Position numbers and translations under genes: made by a program. This document shows, piece after piece, positions 19,146 to 27,844 of a stretch of DNA of 50,594 nt; the first letter of the stretch is position 1, and each line of letters begins with the position of its first letter. The notes below the pieces were generated by a model. It had not been told where the DNA came from, searched no databases, and saw only the letters and a program-made list of their open reading frames with translations. The DNA lies in contig JAZDNV010000016.1 in NCBI GenBank assembly GCA_043799385.1, forward strand, positions 1 through 50,594, written 5' to 3'. The DNA comes from Candidatus Aenigmatarchaeota archaeon. Its GTDB lineage: Archaea; Aenigmatarchaeota; Aenigmatarchaeia; GW2011-AR5.

Positions 19146-19706
19146 TCAGTAGTTGGTTTCTCCTGTCGCGCAATTAACTGTATATTCCCCAGAATCGCAT
19201 TCTATCGTATTGTTTATCAGGTCCCAGTTCTTTACCGTTCCCTTCGATGTATCGTAAATCGAGCAGCACATCACTTTTACAGAGTTCTTGATAACCGCAT
19301 TTTTTATTGTCGTCTCGTTTTCATAGCTTGCCTTCCAGCCCTTGCTCTCGTTTTCGCATTTAGCCAATAATTCATTGAGACTTGTCGAATAATTCTGCAG
19401 CTCGGCAGTCCTTTTTTCGCATGCGGCTACATAGAACTCGCTCCTGCTCATTTTATCTTCACATACGCGGAGGCTGTAGTTTATGTCCATGGCAGTCAGT
19501 TCGCAGTTGCCTAACGACGACCTCACTGCGATTAGATCGTTCTTTGATTTGTTCAGTTCTGCTTCAATCCCCTCGGTATATGTGGCAAAAGTGGTCGCCC
19601 TGTTTGTTATGAAATAGAATGAAGCTATCAGGAAAATACATATGATTAAAATGAGTACGTACTTGCCGTTAAACCCCAGCTTTGGTGTGCTGTAGCTATA
19701 GGTCAT
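19146..19706 (-). CDS. Single-TM protein with Cys-studded coiled coil
   Basis: N-terminal TM, heptad region, CC and C-terminal Cys cluster. Confidence 0.7.
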   Translation of the reverse strand: MTYSYSTPKLGFNGKYVLILIICIFLIASFYFITNRATTFATYTEGIEAELNKSKNDLIAVRSSLGNCELTAMDINYSLRVCEDKMSRSEFYVAACEKRTAELQNYSTSLNELLAKCENESKGWKASYENETTIKNAVIKNSVKVMCCSIYDTSKGTVKNWDLINNTIECDSGEYTVNCATGETNY

Positions 19707-19745
19707 AATATATCATTGATGTGTAGGTTTAAATTTTTGAGAAAA

Positions 19746-19819
19746 TGGGACAGATGGGATTTGAACCCATGACAGCACGGTCTTCAGCCGTGTGCTCTCC
19801 CAGGCTGAGCTACTGTCCC
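19746..19819 (-). tRNA. tRNA-Phe(GAA), no intron
   Basis: GGGACAG/CTGTCCC+A; CACGG-CT-GAA-GA-CCGTG; ATGGG-TTCAAAT-CCCAT. Confidence 0.97.
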
Positions 19820-20043
19820 AGATCCTTGACAGATTTTTCGATTATCTTTTTCGGGTCTCTTATGCTTTCCATAAACTCCGATACGTCCATATGCCATTTA
19901 CACAGGTATAACTTTATCAGGCCTTTTTTTGTTTTATAATCGTAAATCAATACCTCCTTTTCTGGCCTTCTTTTACATTGCAGATGGTTGCATCTGTTTT
20001 TCAGTCTTTTTACATCGAATTTCTTCGCTACCTCAACCATCAT
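19810..20043 (-). CDS. Small basic Cys/His protein between tRNA-Asn and tRNA-Phe
   Basis: 77 aa from ATG 20043; CNHLQC...LCKWH putative Zn site; the track start at 20094 falls inside the tRNA-Asn intron. Confidence 0.65.
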   Translation of the reverse strand: MMVEVAKKFDVKRLKNRCNHLQCKRRPEKEVLIYDYKTKKGLIKLYLCKWHMDVSEFMESIRDPKKIIEKSVKDLGQ

Positions 20044-20045
20044 AG

Positions 20046-20134
20046 CGCCCTCGGCAGGACTCGAACCTGCGACCACCTGATAACTGTATATCATATTTAA
20101 CAGTCAGATGCTCTACCTGCTGAGCTACAAGGGC
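20046..20134 (-). tRNA. tRNA-Asn(GUU) with a 16-nt canonical 37/38 intron (20082-20097)
   Basis: GCCCTTG/CGAGGGC+G; strict BHB CTGT-TA^A-ATA(TGA)TAT-ACAG-TT^A. Confidence 0.95.
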
Positions 20135-20194
20135 ATTTGCGCACATCTATACGCCGATTTATTAGATATAGAAAAAAGGATTTAAAAACTCATT

Positions 20195-21268
20195 TTAATC
20201 CAAGAATTCCTTTTTCTTGAGTTTCTGCGGCAGATACTCCTCTGACATGAATTTCAGTCCGCGGTGTGAGAGCGCTTCTATTTCCGCCTTTACACCCTTT
20301 TCTATCATTAGATTGATTTCCTTCTGCCATTCAGGCTTTTTGAACCAGTCGTATTGCAGCATCTCCTTTGCACGCTTTATGTCGACTTCCTTCGCTTTTA
20401 TGGTGCATTTCTTAAGGTCATATTCGTAAATATCCGATATCGTTAACCCGATGAATTTTGCTGCCGGCGTTGCTATCCTGTCGGATACGTGCGCAAGGCT
20501 TATTGAACCGGATTTTATGACAGAATAGATATATACACCATAGGCATCGGCGTCAGTGAAAACATATACAGGCAACTTATGTTCGTTGTTCAACCTCTGA
20601 ATTAATAATCTCGTCCCTCGTGATGGTTGTCCCCCGGTGCCTATAAGTATGCATTTGTTTTTTTGCCAAAACTTGTCTTCGTGCAATCGTTCAAATCCTG
20701 CATTTTTTTCCACGACAAGCACGAATTCTGCGTCCACCTTCTTGAAGTCTATCTCGTCAACCGTCGAAGGTATTGACCAGCCTCCGCTGCCGAGTTTTGA
20801 CCAGTCTATGAGGTCCCCGCGGTCCTCTATAACTATATTTCCTGCGACAATTCCTTTCCTGTCCGTTGTTAGGTGCAGTTGCTCACGCAAAACATCTATT
20901 GCAACCTCTAAATCGACTATAATCGGGTCGCTCTCGTTCTGTTCATCGAATGTATTTTCATTGCTGTCAGGTAAAGTCCTTTTCAGGTTGTAGTACATAT
21001 CCCTTATGCTCGCGTGTATATTCTCTTCCAGGAGAGATTTGCAGAATCCAGCCACCATTGTCGTCTGCATGAATTTTTTTGCATGTGCGACGTTGAAGAA
21101 ATATCTTTTCGCGCTTTTATCACCAAGCATAATCTGCTTTGTTTTTTTGTCAAAAATAACGTTTGATAATACACGCAGTGGTATGTCTATGCTAGGGTTT
21201 TCCTTTTTTTCTATGTTGGTTACTATCTTTTTTCCAAGACTCTCCAGTTCATTCTTAACGTTCTTCAT
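20195..21268 (-). CDS. top6A: DNA topoisomerase VI subunit A
   Basis: SIRDMYY catalytic Tyr; VLVVEK; TOPRIM FTDADAYG; KAEIEAL. Confidence 0.97.
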   Translation of the reverse strand: MKNVKNELESLGKKIVTNIEKKENPSIDIPLRVLSNVIFDKKTKQIMLGDKSAKRYFFNVAHAKKFMQTTMVAGFCKSLLEENIHASIRDMYYNLKRTLPDSNENTFDEQNESDPIIVDLEVAIDVLREQLHLTTDRKGIVAGNIVIEDRGDLIDWSKLGSGGWSIPSTVDEIDFKKVDAEFVLVVEKNAGFERLHEDKFWQKNKCILIGTGGQPSRGTRLLIQRLNNEHKLPVYVFTDADAYGVYIYSVIKSGSISLAHVSDRIATPAAKFIGLTISDIYEYDLKKCTIKAKEVDIKRAKEMLQYDWFKKPEWQKEINLMIEKGVKAEIEALSHRGLKFMSEEYLPQKLKKKEFLD

Positions 21269-21288
21269 GCCAATCCTTATTTATGCTA

Positions 21289-22899
21289 TTATTTGTTAAT
21301 CTCTGTTTCTTCAGTTTCTTTTATATGCACCCTTGATGAAATCATATCCCTTATTTTCTTTTCCAAGTCCTTCGCATCAGCCTTTGTTAATATTGAGAGT
21401 GAAGATGCAACTTCATGTGAATACCTTTCAAATATCTGTATCCTGCGTTTTGCTTCTCCTGTCCTTCTTTTTCCGGAAAGATATGACGAAAGTTTTCGGC
21501 CGGCATCCTGCAGCGCCAGCTTCGTCTCCTTTATTATTTCAGGATACGGCGCAACCGCTTCTTTGCTCTCGGAAACAAACGGTACCCAAACTGAACAGAT
21601 ATGAACTATTAGTTTCATCGGGCCTGCCGGAAGGCTATCACCCTTCTGGTCAAGGTTATACCTCCTCCAATCGACTTGTTTCACCGATTCGGTCAGTCCG
21701 CATGCGCTCTGCTGATACATCAACGGAACTCTATTAGCAAATCTTATCAGGTCTATTGATTCGCCATTTTTTTCATCCTCGTCATTGTTGTTCTTCTTTC
21801 CATTTTTTTCCTCATGTGTCCCATAAACGATGCCGACTTCGATCATGAACGGAAACCCGCGGTATACGCTCGGCTCCCTGTTTATCGATGTGACGAACTC
21901 TGCAGAAGGATACTCTTTTTTAAGGCTTTTTTCCAGTTCTTCCGCTCCTATTGGCGATAGGCAGTCAAGTGGCGGTCTCTGTATCTTGACAGATTGCATA
22001 GCCTTGATTATTTTTTCTATATCAGTCCTTTCAAGTTCAGCGGGTTTTGTGCTATCTTGAACCTTCGCTGTTTTGCATATCTCCTTTGCGCTCTGTGTCC
22101 CGACTGATGAGAATTCATTCGTTAAAAATGAAAGTAACGTTCTTGAGCTGGCCTTCTCAAGCATCCTTTGCAGCGTTCCGAATTCGACACCATACGGGTG
22201 TGGTTTCATTATCTTTGACGGTTTTGGTAATTCGTTGACCGATTTTGGAAATATCAGCTTTGTGCCGTCAGGAGCAGTGTATGCAATCTTTGCAAACGGA
22301 TTGGATATTGACGTTTGCTTTAGATAATCTTCAACAATCTTCCTGTATCTGCCGTGCAGTGTCATCTCGACCTTTACACCGCTTTCGCCAAGAACGTCTT
22401 TATCAATGTCTTCCTGCTTTGTTATATCAGGCTCATTCTTCACGGTGTTCAAGTGCAATTCCATATAATAGGTCTTCTTCTGGCTCTCTATTTTCGACCA
22501 TACGCGCGTAGGCTCACCGGTTGTTAATTGCGAGTATAGCGTTACGCTGCTTATGCCTATCCCTTGCTGGCCACGACTTTGCTTTAGTCGGTGGAACTTG
22601 CTTCCATACAGAAGTTTTCCAAAAACGCGCGGTATCTGCTCCTTCACTATACCAGGTCCGTTGTCCTGCACGATGACCTGATATATATCCTCTTTGACGT
22701 TTTTTATTTTCACGGTGATTTCAGGAAGTATTCCCGCCTCCTCGCAAGCGTCAAGAGAATTATCTACAGCCTCCTTCACCGCCATGAGCAGCGATTTCGT
22801 TGGATTATCAAACCCAAGCAGGTGCTTGTTCTTCTCAAAGAACTCGCTTATTGAAATTTCCTTCTGCTCCTTTGCAAATTCCTCAGCAGTTTTCTTCAT
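21289..22899 (-). CDS. top6B: DNA topoisomerase VI subunit B
   Basis: [21 protein letters not shown]...[27 protein letters not shown]. Confidence 0.97.
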   Translation of the reverse strand: MKKTAEEFAKEQKEISISEFFEKNKHLLGFDNPTKSLLMAVKEAVDNSLDACEEAGILPEITVKIKNVKEDIYQVIVQDNGPGIVKEQIPRVFGKLLYGSKFHRLKQSRGQQGIGISSVTLYSQLTTGEPTRVWSKIESQKKTYYMELHLNTVKNEPDITKQEDIDKDVLGESGVKVEMTLHGRYRKIVEDYLKQTSISNPFAKIAYTAPDGTKLIFPKSVNELPKPSKIMKPHPYGVEFGTLQRMLEKASSRTLLSFLTNEFSSVGTQSAKEICKTAKVQDSTKPAELERTDIEKIIKAMQSVKIQRPPLDCLSPIGAEELEKSLKKEYPSAEFVTSINREPSVYRGFPFMIEVGIVYGTHEEKNGKKNNNDEDEKNGESIDLIRFANRVPLMYQQSACGLTESVKQVDWRRYNLDQKGDSLPAGPMKLIVHICSVWVPFVSESKEAVAPYPEIIKETKLALQDAGRKLSSYLSGKRRTGEAKRRIQIFERYSHEVASSLSILTKADAKDLEKKIRDMISSRVHIKETEETEINK

Positions 22900-23360
22900 T
22901 TACCCACCAGAAACATATAGACATTTTTATGTGAACTTCCAGTAATAAGCTTTTCTACCGCAACCCTTGCTTTTTCGGCATTTTCATACTCCCCTATTAT
23001 CGAAACAGTTTTTCCGTATATAGAAAGTTTTGTGTTTGTCAGACGCTCGATATTTCTTTTTGCCTTTCCTTTCGCGCCTATTATTCTTGACTTCACCCTA
23101 ATTAATGCTTTTCTATTGTGCGGTAACGAAATTATGCATAGAGTTACGTCTTCGTCAAGAAGTTCCATTGCATCTTCGAACGGAAACCCGCGACCTATTG
23201 CCTTCACTATGTTCATTGCCGTCAGAAGATTTATGGCCTCGCCATTGATTGATACGTCCTCATCGATATCGATTTTCGTTTGAGTCTCTTTCTCTATCTC
23301 GTTTTTTATTCCCCTCAAGATGCCGATACGATTTTTTGGAATAAGAATTTTTTCAAACAT
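22896..23360 (-). CDS. KH-domain ribosome biogenesis factor (Dim2/Pno1/Krr1-like)
   Basis: [29 protein letters not shown]. Confidence 0.9.
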   Translation of the reverse strand: MFEKILIPKNRIGILRGIKNEIEKETQTKIDIDEDVSINGEAINLLTAMNIVKAIGRGFPFEDAMELLDEDVTLCIISLPHNRKALIRVKSRIIGAKGKAKRNIERLTNTKLSIYGKTVSIIGEYENAEKARVAVEKLITGSSHKNVYMFLVGK

Positions 23361-23399
23361 AAAACTTTTTCATATTTTTATTTTTTAAATGCAAGTAGA

Positions 23400-23687
23400 T
23401 TATATCTTTAGTATGCCCCTTCTTTTCAGCCACGACGCTGCTGTCGGCGAGTAGTTAAGTATTATATTCCCGCTCTTATCGCCCTGTATATCCCATGGTT
23501 TTAACAGGACAATGTCGCCTTCGCGGACCCACATCCGCTTTCTTAGTTTTCCCGGTATCCTTCCTAATCTTATCTTATTGTCCTGGCAGAATACCCTGAG
23601 TTTGCTTGAGCCGAGCAAGGCTTCAACCCTACCCAAGACTTCATTACCGCGTGGCAACCTTACCCTTACTTCTTCTTCGCCCTCCAT
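23400..23687 (-). CDS. eif1a: Translation initiation factor aIF-1A
   Basis: RVRLP..NEVLGRV...LG...C.D...R.GRIPGKLRKRMWVREGD; start likely ATG 23687. Confidence 0.95.
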   Translation of the reverse strand: MEGEEEVRVRLPRGNEVLGRVEALLGSSKLRVFCQDNKIRLGRIPGKLRKRMWVREGDIVLLKPWDIQGDKSGNIILNYSPTAASWLKRRGILKI

Positions 23688-23734
23688 AAAATTTTCACGA
23701 ACATAGTTAATTTCAGAAACCTTAAATAATACAG

Positions 23735-24358
23735 TCATCTTACAGCGTAGTAGTCCTTTATGATTCTCCTTCCCCTCTTCACACCGATGAACTTGAACGA
23801 TTTTGTTATGTCAAAATCTACCAGCTGATTTATCGCATTTTTTGAGTCGCTTCTCTTAACAAAGACAACATCGTATCCGTTCTTTGTTTTTTCCACAGTC
23901 GCATATTTTGGCAGATTTAATATATTCAGTATTCTTTCCTTTTTATCGCCTCTTATCTGAAGTATGGCCTCTGAATACCTTCCTAACAATTTTACGCAGT
24001 CGTCGCACTTTTGCTTATTAAGTATTATCACTATATCTCTTTCCTCTTCCTTCGTTTTTTTGCACGGCTTTATCATACCATTGCACACGATTTTCGCAAA
24101 AATTTTGTTGCCGACATGCTTGAAAGAAACGTTCTTTTTGATTATCTTGTTTTTAGTTTTAACCCTTTTTTCTATCAAATCCGCTAGGAGGTCATATAAG
24201 CCTTTATTCGATTTTTGCCACCCCTTGTAGTAGTATGAACCGCAATCGCATGTGCTGATGGAAAAATCGTCTACATCAAATAATCGCTCTCTCTTTAGGA
24301 AGCAATCTTCGCAGAAATTTCCAACAACCGCGTTTTTGCCGCAGACTATGCAGAACAT
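23735..24358 (-). CDS. NMD3-like ribosome biogenesis protein (short form)
   Basis: FCIVCG...FCEDC...CDCG...CDDC...YSEAILQIRG; adjacent to aIF-1A; start at 24358 or 24373. Confidence 0.8.
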   Translation of the reverse strand: MFCIVCGKNAVVGNFCEDCFLKRERLFDVDDFSISTCDCGSYYYKGWQKSNKGLYDLLADLIEKRVKTKNKIIKKNVSFKHVGNKIFAKIVCNGMIKPCKKTKEEERDIVIILNKQKCDDCVKLLGRYSEAILQIRGDKKERILNILNLPKYATVEKTKNGYDVVFVKRSDSKNAINQLVDFDITKSFKFIGVKRGRRIIKDYYAVR

Positions 24359-24402
24359 GTATAAAATATGCATTTAACGTATTTTAACTTGATTCAGTAG
24401 AA

Positions 24403-24501
24403 AGCTTTGTTTAAAAAGTGATGGACATCTGTATGATGTCCATCGATAGATAGGCTATCATCGCTAATAGCAGGATGATAGCCTAGTTTTTAAACAAAGC
24501 T
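24403..24501. mobile_element. 99-bp MITE with 15-bp TIRs, two perfect internal hairpins and 9-bp TSD
   Basis: AGCTTTGTTTAAAAA/TTTTTAAACAAAGCT; TCAGTAGAA repeated at 24394-24402 and 24502-24510; hairpins at 24420-24444 and 24451-24485. Confidence 0.85.
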
Positions 24502-25530
24502 TCAGTAGAATATTCTCCAGACAGTTAGGTCTATCTCAAACGGCTCGGAGCCAAGAACGCACAGATGCCTGTACACAAATGATGCATGATCGGCAGGCGC
24601 GTTTTTTGTGTAAGGGTCCATCCCGAATTTTTCGCCAGAAGCCCACATTATCATCGCTTTTGTCAGATTGTTTATGCTCCCATAGCCGTAGTTGTAATCT
24701 GAGAACCACACGGTTCTGCCTTTGCTGTTGTTTATTATGTTGTAGTTGACCTTGACTGTCGAGAATTTGTTGTCATCAGTTTTTATGACGGTACTGTTGT
24801 CAATCATGACATTGTTTAGATTGCTTTGTTTATTGAATACGAATCCACTGCCTCCTAACCAGTAAAAATACCTCGCTATCCTGAACGACGTTCTGCTCGC
24901 ATCAGTTGTTGTGTAGAATACATTATTTGTTGGCGTGCCTGATTCAGATGATGCTTTTAATCCGAACGTTTCGTTCATGAAGCCGTCATTTATTTGGGCG
25001 CTGGTTAGATTAGCCAGAATGAATATCGATTTACCGTTTCCTAAAAATGTCTTTAGCTTCTCCTCGTCGCTGTCAGAGAACGCCCTGTACCCAAAGAAGA
25101 AAAGTATATCCACGTTTGAGTTTATCAGATAATCGACTGACCCGTTCGTTATTATTATTTCTATACTCCTGTCATTGTACCTGAACGAGGTCGGAGAGAG
25201 AACGCCCTGAAGGTCGGTTTTTTCTTTGTCGCTGCAATCACAACCAATATGGATTAGAGGATTTGCAATTCCGTTTATCTCAACAGAGAAGTCATCAGTT
25301 TTCGGTATTACAGACCTCAATAAATCGGTAAGGTTTTCATTTTCGCCGTTTTTTATGAACATTTCCAGTGAGCCATTCTTATATATTACTGCTAGACTGT
25401 CTTCTGCGCGTGTTTGCAGCAATGCGTTATTCCATTTGGAGTATGTCAGCGGCACAAAGAAATAGGTTATTGAAGACAGCAGTATCAGCGATGCTATGAC
25501 TGCTTCCAGTATTTTTATGAACCCCTTCAT
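24502..25530 (-). CDS. Pilin-like protein (class III signal peptide)
   Basis: MKG/FIKILEAVIA followed by a hydrophobic helix; last gene of the pilus operon. Confidence 0.75.
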   Translation of the reverse strand: MKGFIKILEAVIASLILLSSITYFFVPLTYSKWNNALLQTRAEDSLAVIYKNGSLEMFIKNGENENLTDLLRSVIPKTDDFSVEINGIANPLIHIGCDCSDKEKTDLQGVLSPTSFRYNDRSIEIIITNGSVDYLINSNVDILFFFGYRAFSDSDEEKLKTFLGNGKSIFILANLTSAQINDGFMNETFGLKASSESGTPTNNVFYTTTDASRTSFRIARYFYWLGGSGFVFNKQSNLNNVMIDNSTVIKTDDNKFSTVKVNYNIINNSKGRTVWFSDYNYGYGSINNLTKAMIMWASGEKFGMDPYTKNAPADHASFVYRHLCVLGSEPFEIDLTVWRIFY

Positions 25531-26003
25531 CTTATCACTGTTACGTTCATTATCGCTATCCTGCCGTTGATTATGCAGCTTCTCTCAGTGAATAATCTCA
25601 CATTTCCTTCCGGTGCATTGCAATTGAGCAAGCTTTCCCCGTCCAGATACCTGATGCCTAATTCTACGTCCTCTCTTACCGACAGCAGCCCCTTGAAAGT
25701 TTTATAACTGGTTGAGCATGTTTTATTTAGCTCATTTATCTTACTCATGTTCAAGATATAATTTTCGCCAGACGACAAACCAAGCCTTTTCACGTTGCTC
25801 GAGTTCCAGTTTTCAGGAAACCCATTGTCAAACAGAAGCATGCTCGATATGTAGTGGCTCCTTGCCTTCAGGTCTTCTAAGAGCGATCGTTCCTCCAACG
25901 GAAACAACTCCCTCTCCACCACTATGGTTGTTGAAACTATGACGCTTAAAAAAAGAAAAACTGAGATTAGAAACTCTATATTGATTGCAGCCTTCATTTT
26001 CAA
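25527..26003 (-). CDS. Pilin-like protein (class III signal peptide)
   Basis: MKMKA/AINIEF with E+5 and hydrophobic helix; G.P.NW...LGL motif. Confidence 0.75.
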   Translation of the reverse strand: MKMKAAINIEFLISVFLFLSVIVSTTIVVERELFPLEERSLLEDLKARSHYISSMLLFDNGFPENWNSSNVKRLGLSSGENYILNMSKINELNKTCSTSYKTFKGLLSVREDVELGIRYLDGESLLNCNAPEGNVRLFTERSCIINGRIAIMNVTVIR

Positions 26004-26051
26004 AACCTCAGATAAATTATACTGGTTTGAATTGAGATACGAAGTGGTATC

Positions 26052-26984
26052 TCATATTATCCCTATCTTGACGATTAATATAAAAATCAGCAGGCCGGAA
26101 AACAGCAGGATCATGCCATGCTTTATGCCGGCCACTATCGAATCCGAACCAATCTGGCCGATTATCAGGCCTGAGAAAATACCCTGGACAATAACCATGA
26201 GAAGGAACAGTGATTTATAATATGTCGGCGCCTCTTTTTTATCTCCAAGGTCAAACGCTGTCGATACTGCAAAAAAGGCATCGCAGCTAAAGCAGTCAGG
26301 GCTCCTGCCTTCGATGCAGTTATAACACGGGTTTGGATCAGCGCCAAATACGCCGCCAAGCGACTGTGTCTGAAGAAATGGTATCAAAAACTTTGTCAGC
26401 ACGATGCTTATGCCCAGAAATATGAAGAATATTGCGTACATCATCATTATCTGCTGGTTCATCAATGTCGCTTTTTCCTCCTGCACATCCTTTATCATTT
26501 CTATGTTGCTTGCCAGCGAGTCCATGGTGTCTTCTATGTTTCCACCGGACTTGTTCGCCTGCTCTATTATCATCAACGACCTGGTGATTGTTTTACTCCT
26601 ATTCATCCTCTTTATGAACGAACTTAGTACGTTCTCAAGCGAAACGTTCCAGCTCAGTTCGTTGTTCATCTTCTTTATCTCATGCGTCAGCAATCCATAT
26701 TCCGATTTGGACAGCAGTCGTATGCCCTCTATTATGCTCATGCCAGCACGCTGGGCTTCTGACATGTCACGAAGGAATGCCGGAAACTCCTTTTCATAGG
26801 CATTTATTTTCCTGAATTCCAAAAACCTGTAAATGCTATAAGGTACGAACAGAACTATGATTCCCAGGAGGATAATGTTCGCAGATATGGCAGAATCAAA
26901 AGAATAAGCCTGCATGAATACAGCTAATACAACCGTTACAATAAAAACGGCAACCGATGCTATCAGTATATTTTTTTCATCCAT
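26052..26984 (-). CDS. Type IV pilus platform protein (TadC/T2SSF family)
   Basis: EKEFPAFLRDMSEAQRAGMS...YGLLT.E...SGGNI; several TMs; start likely ATG 26984. Confidence 0.88.
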   Translation of the reverse strand: MDEKNILIASVAVFIVTVVLAVFMQAYSFDSAISANIILLGIIVLFVPYSIYRFLEFRKINAYEKEFPAFLRDMSEAQRAGMSIIEGIRLLSKSEYGLLTHEIKKMNNELSWNVSLENVLSSFIKRMNRSKTITRSLMIIEQANKSGGNIEDTMDSLASNIEMIKDVQEEKATLMNQQIMMMYAIFFIFLGISIVLTKFLIPFLQTQSLGGVFGADPNPCYNCIEGRSPDCFSCDAFFAVSTAFDLGDKKEAPTYYKSLFLLMVIVQGIFSGLIIGQIGSDSIVAGIKHGMILLFSGLLIFILIVKIGII

Positions 26985-26989
26985 CTCAA

Positions 26990-27844
26990 TCAGCTTGGAG
27001 ACAATGACTTCAAAAGTATGATAAAGCCCATTGACAGCAATGGCAGCAATATGAAGATTATGAAACTGTGCAGGCTTACTATCCACAAACCTCCGCTTAT
27101 GGCAGATATTATAGATGATAATACAATGAAGAATATAGATCCGGTGATTATCAGCGTAAGGTATATTTCTATGAACAATGACAGATCCTGAGAGTATTTT
27201 CTTATCCTCCTCCTGTAATCATTCATAGACTCTTCAGCTTTTCCTCTGAGGTAAGACGTCAGGTCGCTGCCGGATGATATCACGGTGTTGATTCCCCATA
27301 AAATTTCACGTAGTTCAGAAGACGATGTCTTCTTTGCCCTCTTTTTAACCGCACCTGAAAAAGTCATCCCGAACATTTCCACGTCCTTGACAATTGTTTT
27401 TGCCTCATCAGATACCTCTCCGTATTCCTTGAATCTTGCCAGCGTCTTGAACAGCGTGATTGGTGGCGCTTTTGCGCTTGACACAGTCGCCATGTAAGAT
27501 ATCGCAAATGGAAGTATCTTCCTTATTTCCTTCTCCCTGCTTTTTGCCAGCGTGCTTGGATATGAATAGAATAAAAAGAATATCAGGCCTGATATTGCCA
27601 GCGATATCGTCAACGACAGCAATACGGCTCTTACAGGCGAGCCGGCTAACCCGAAGATAAAGGCGAGTATAACGTTTTCTGCGATGAATGTTATCATTGT
27701 CGTGAACAAGGCCATTGATAGGTATTCTTCTAGCGTATAATTCAGATTTGCTTTCTGCAGTTCATCCCTTGTATCCAGAAAATATACCTTCAGAGATTTA
27801 CTGATACTTCCAAAGAATTGCTGGGAGATGGTGACATAGCTCAT
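26990..27844 (-). CDS. Type IV pilus platform protein (TadB/TadC, T2SSF family)
   Basis: LPFAISYMA...YGEVS.E...FG...TSS.ELRE...SG.DL..YL. Confidence 0.88.
   Translation of the reverse strand: MSYVTISQQFFGSISKSLKVYFLDTRDELQKANLNYTLEEYLSMALFTTMITFIAENVILAFIFGLAGSPVRAVLLSLTISLAISGLIFFLFYSYPSTLAKSREKEIRKILPFAISYMATVSSAKAPPITLFKTLARFKEYGEVSDEAKTIVKDVEMFGMTFSGAVKKRAKKTSSSELREILWGINTVISSGSDLTSYLRGKAEESMNDYRRRIRKYSQDLSLFIEIYLTLIITGSIFFIVLSSIISAISGGLWIVSLHSFIIFILLPLLSMGFIILLKSLSPS

Noticed and set aside
24418..24485. TGATG-containing stretch as a box C/D sRNA
   Set aside because: The motifs are locked in perfect hairpins with no suitably placed D box; TIR plus TSD explain the element better
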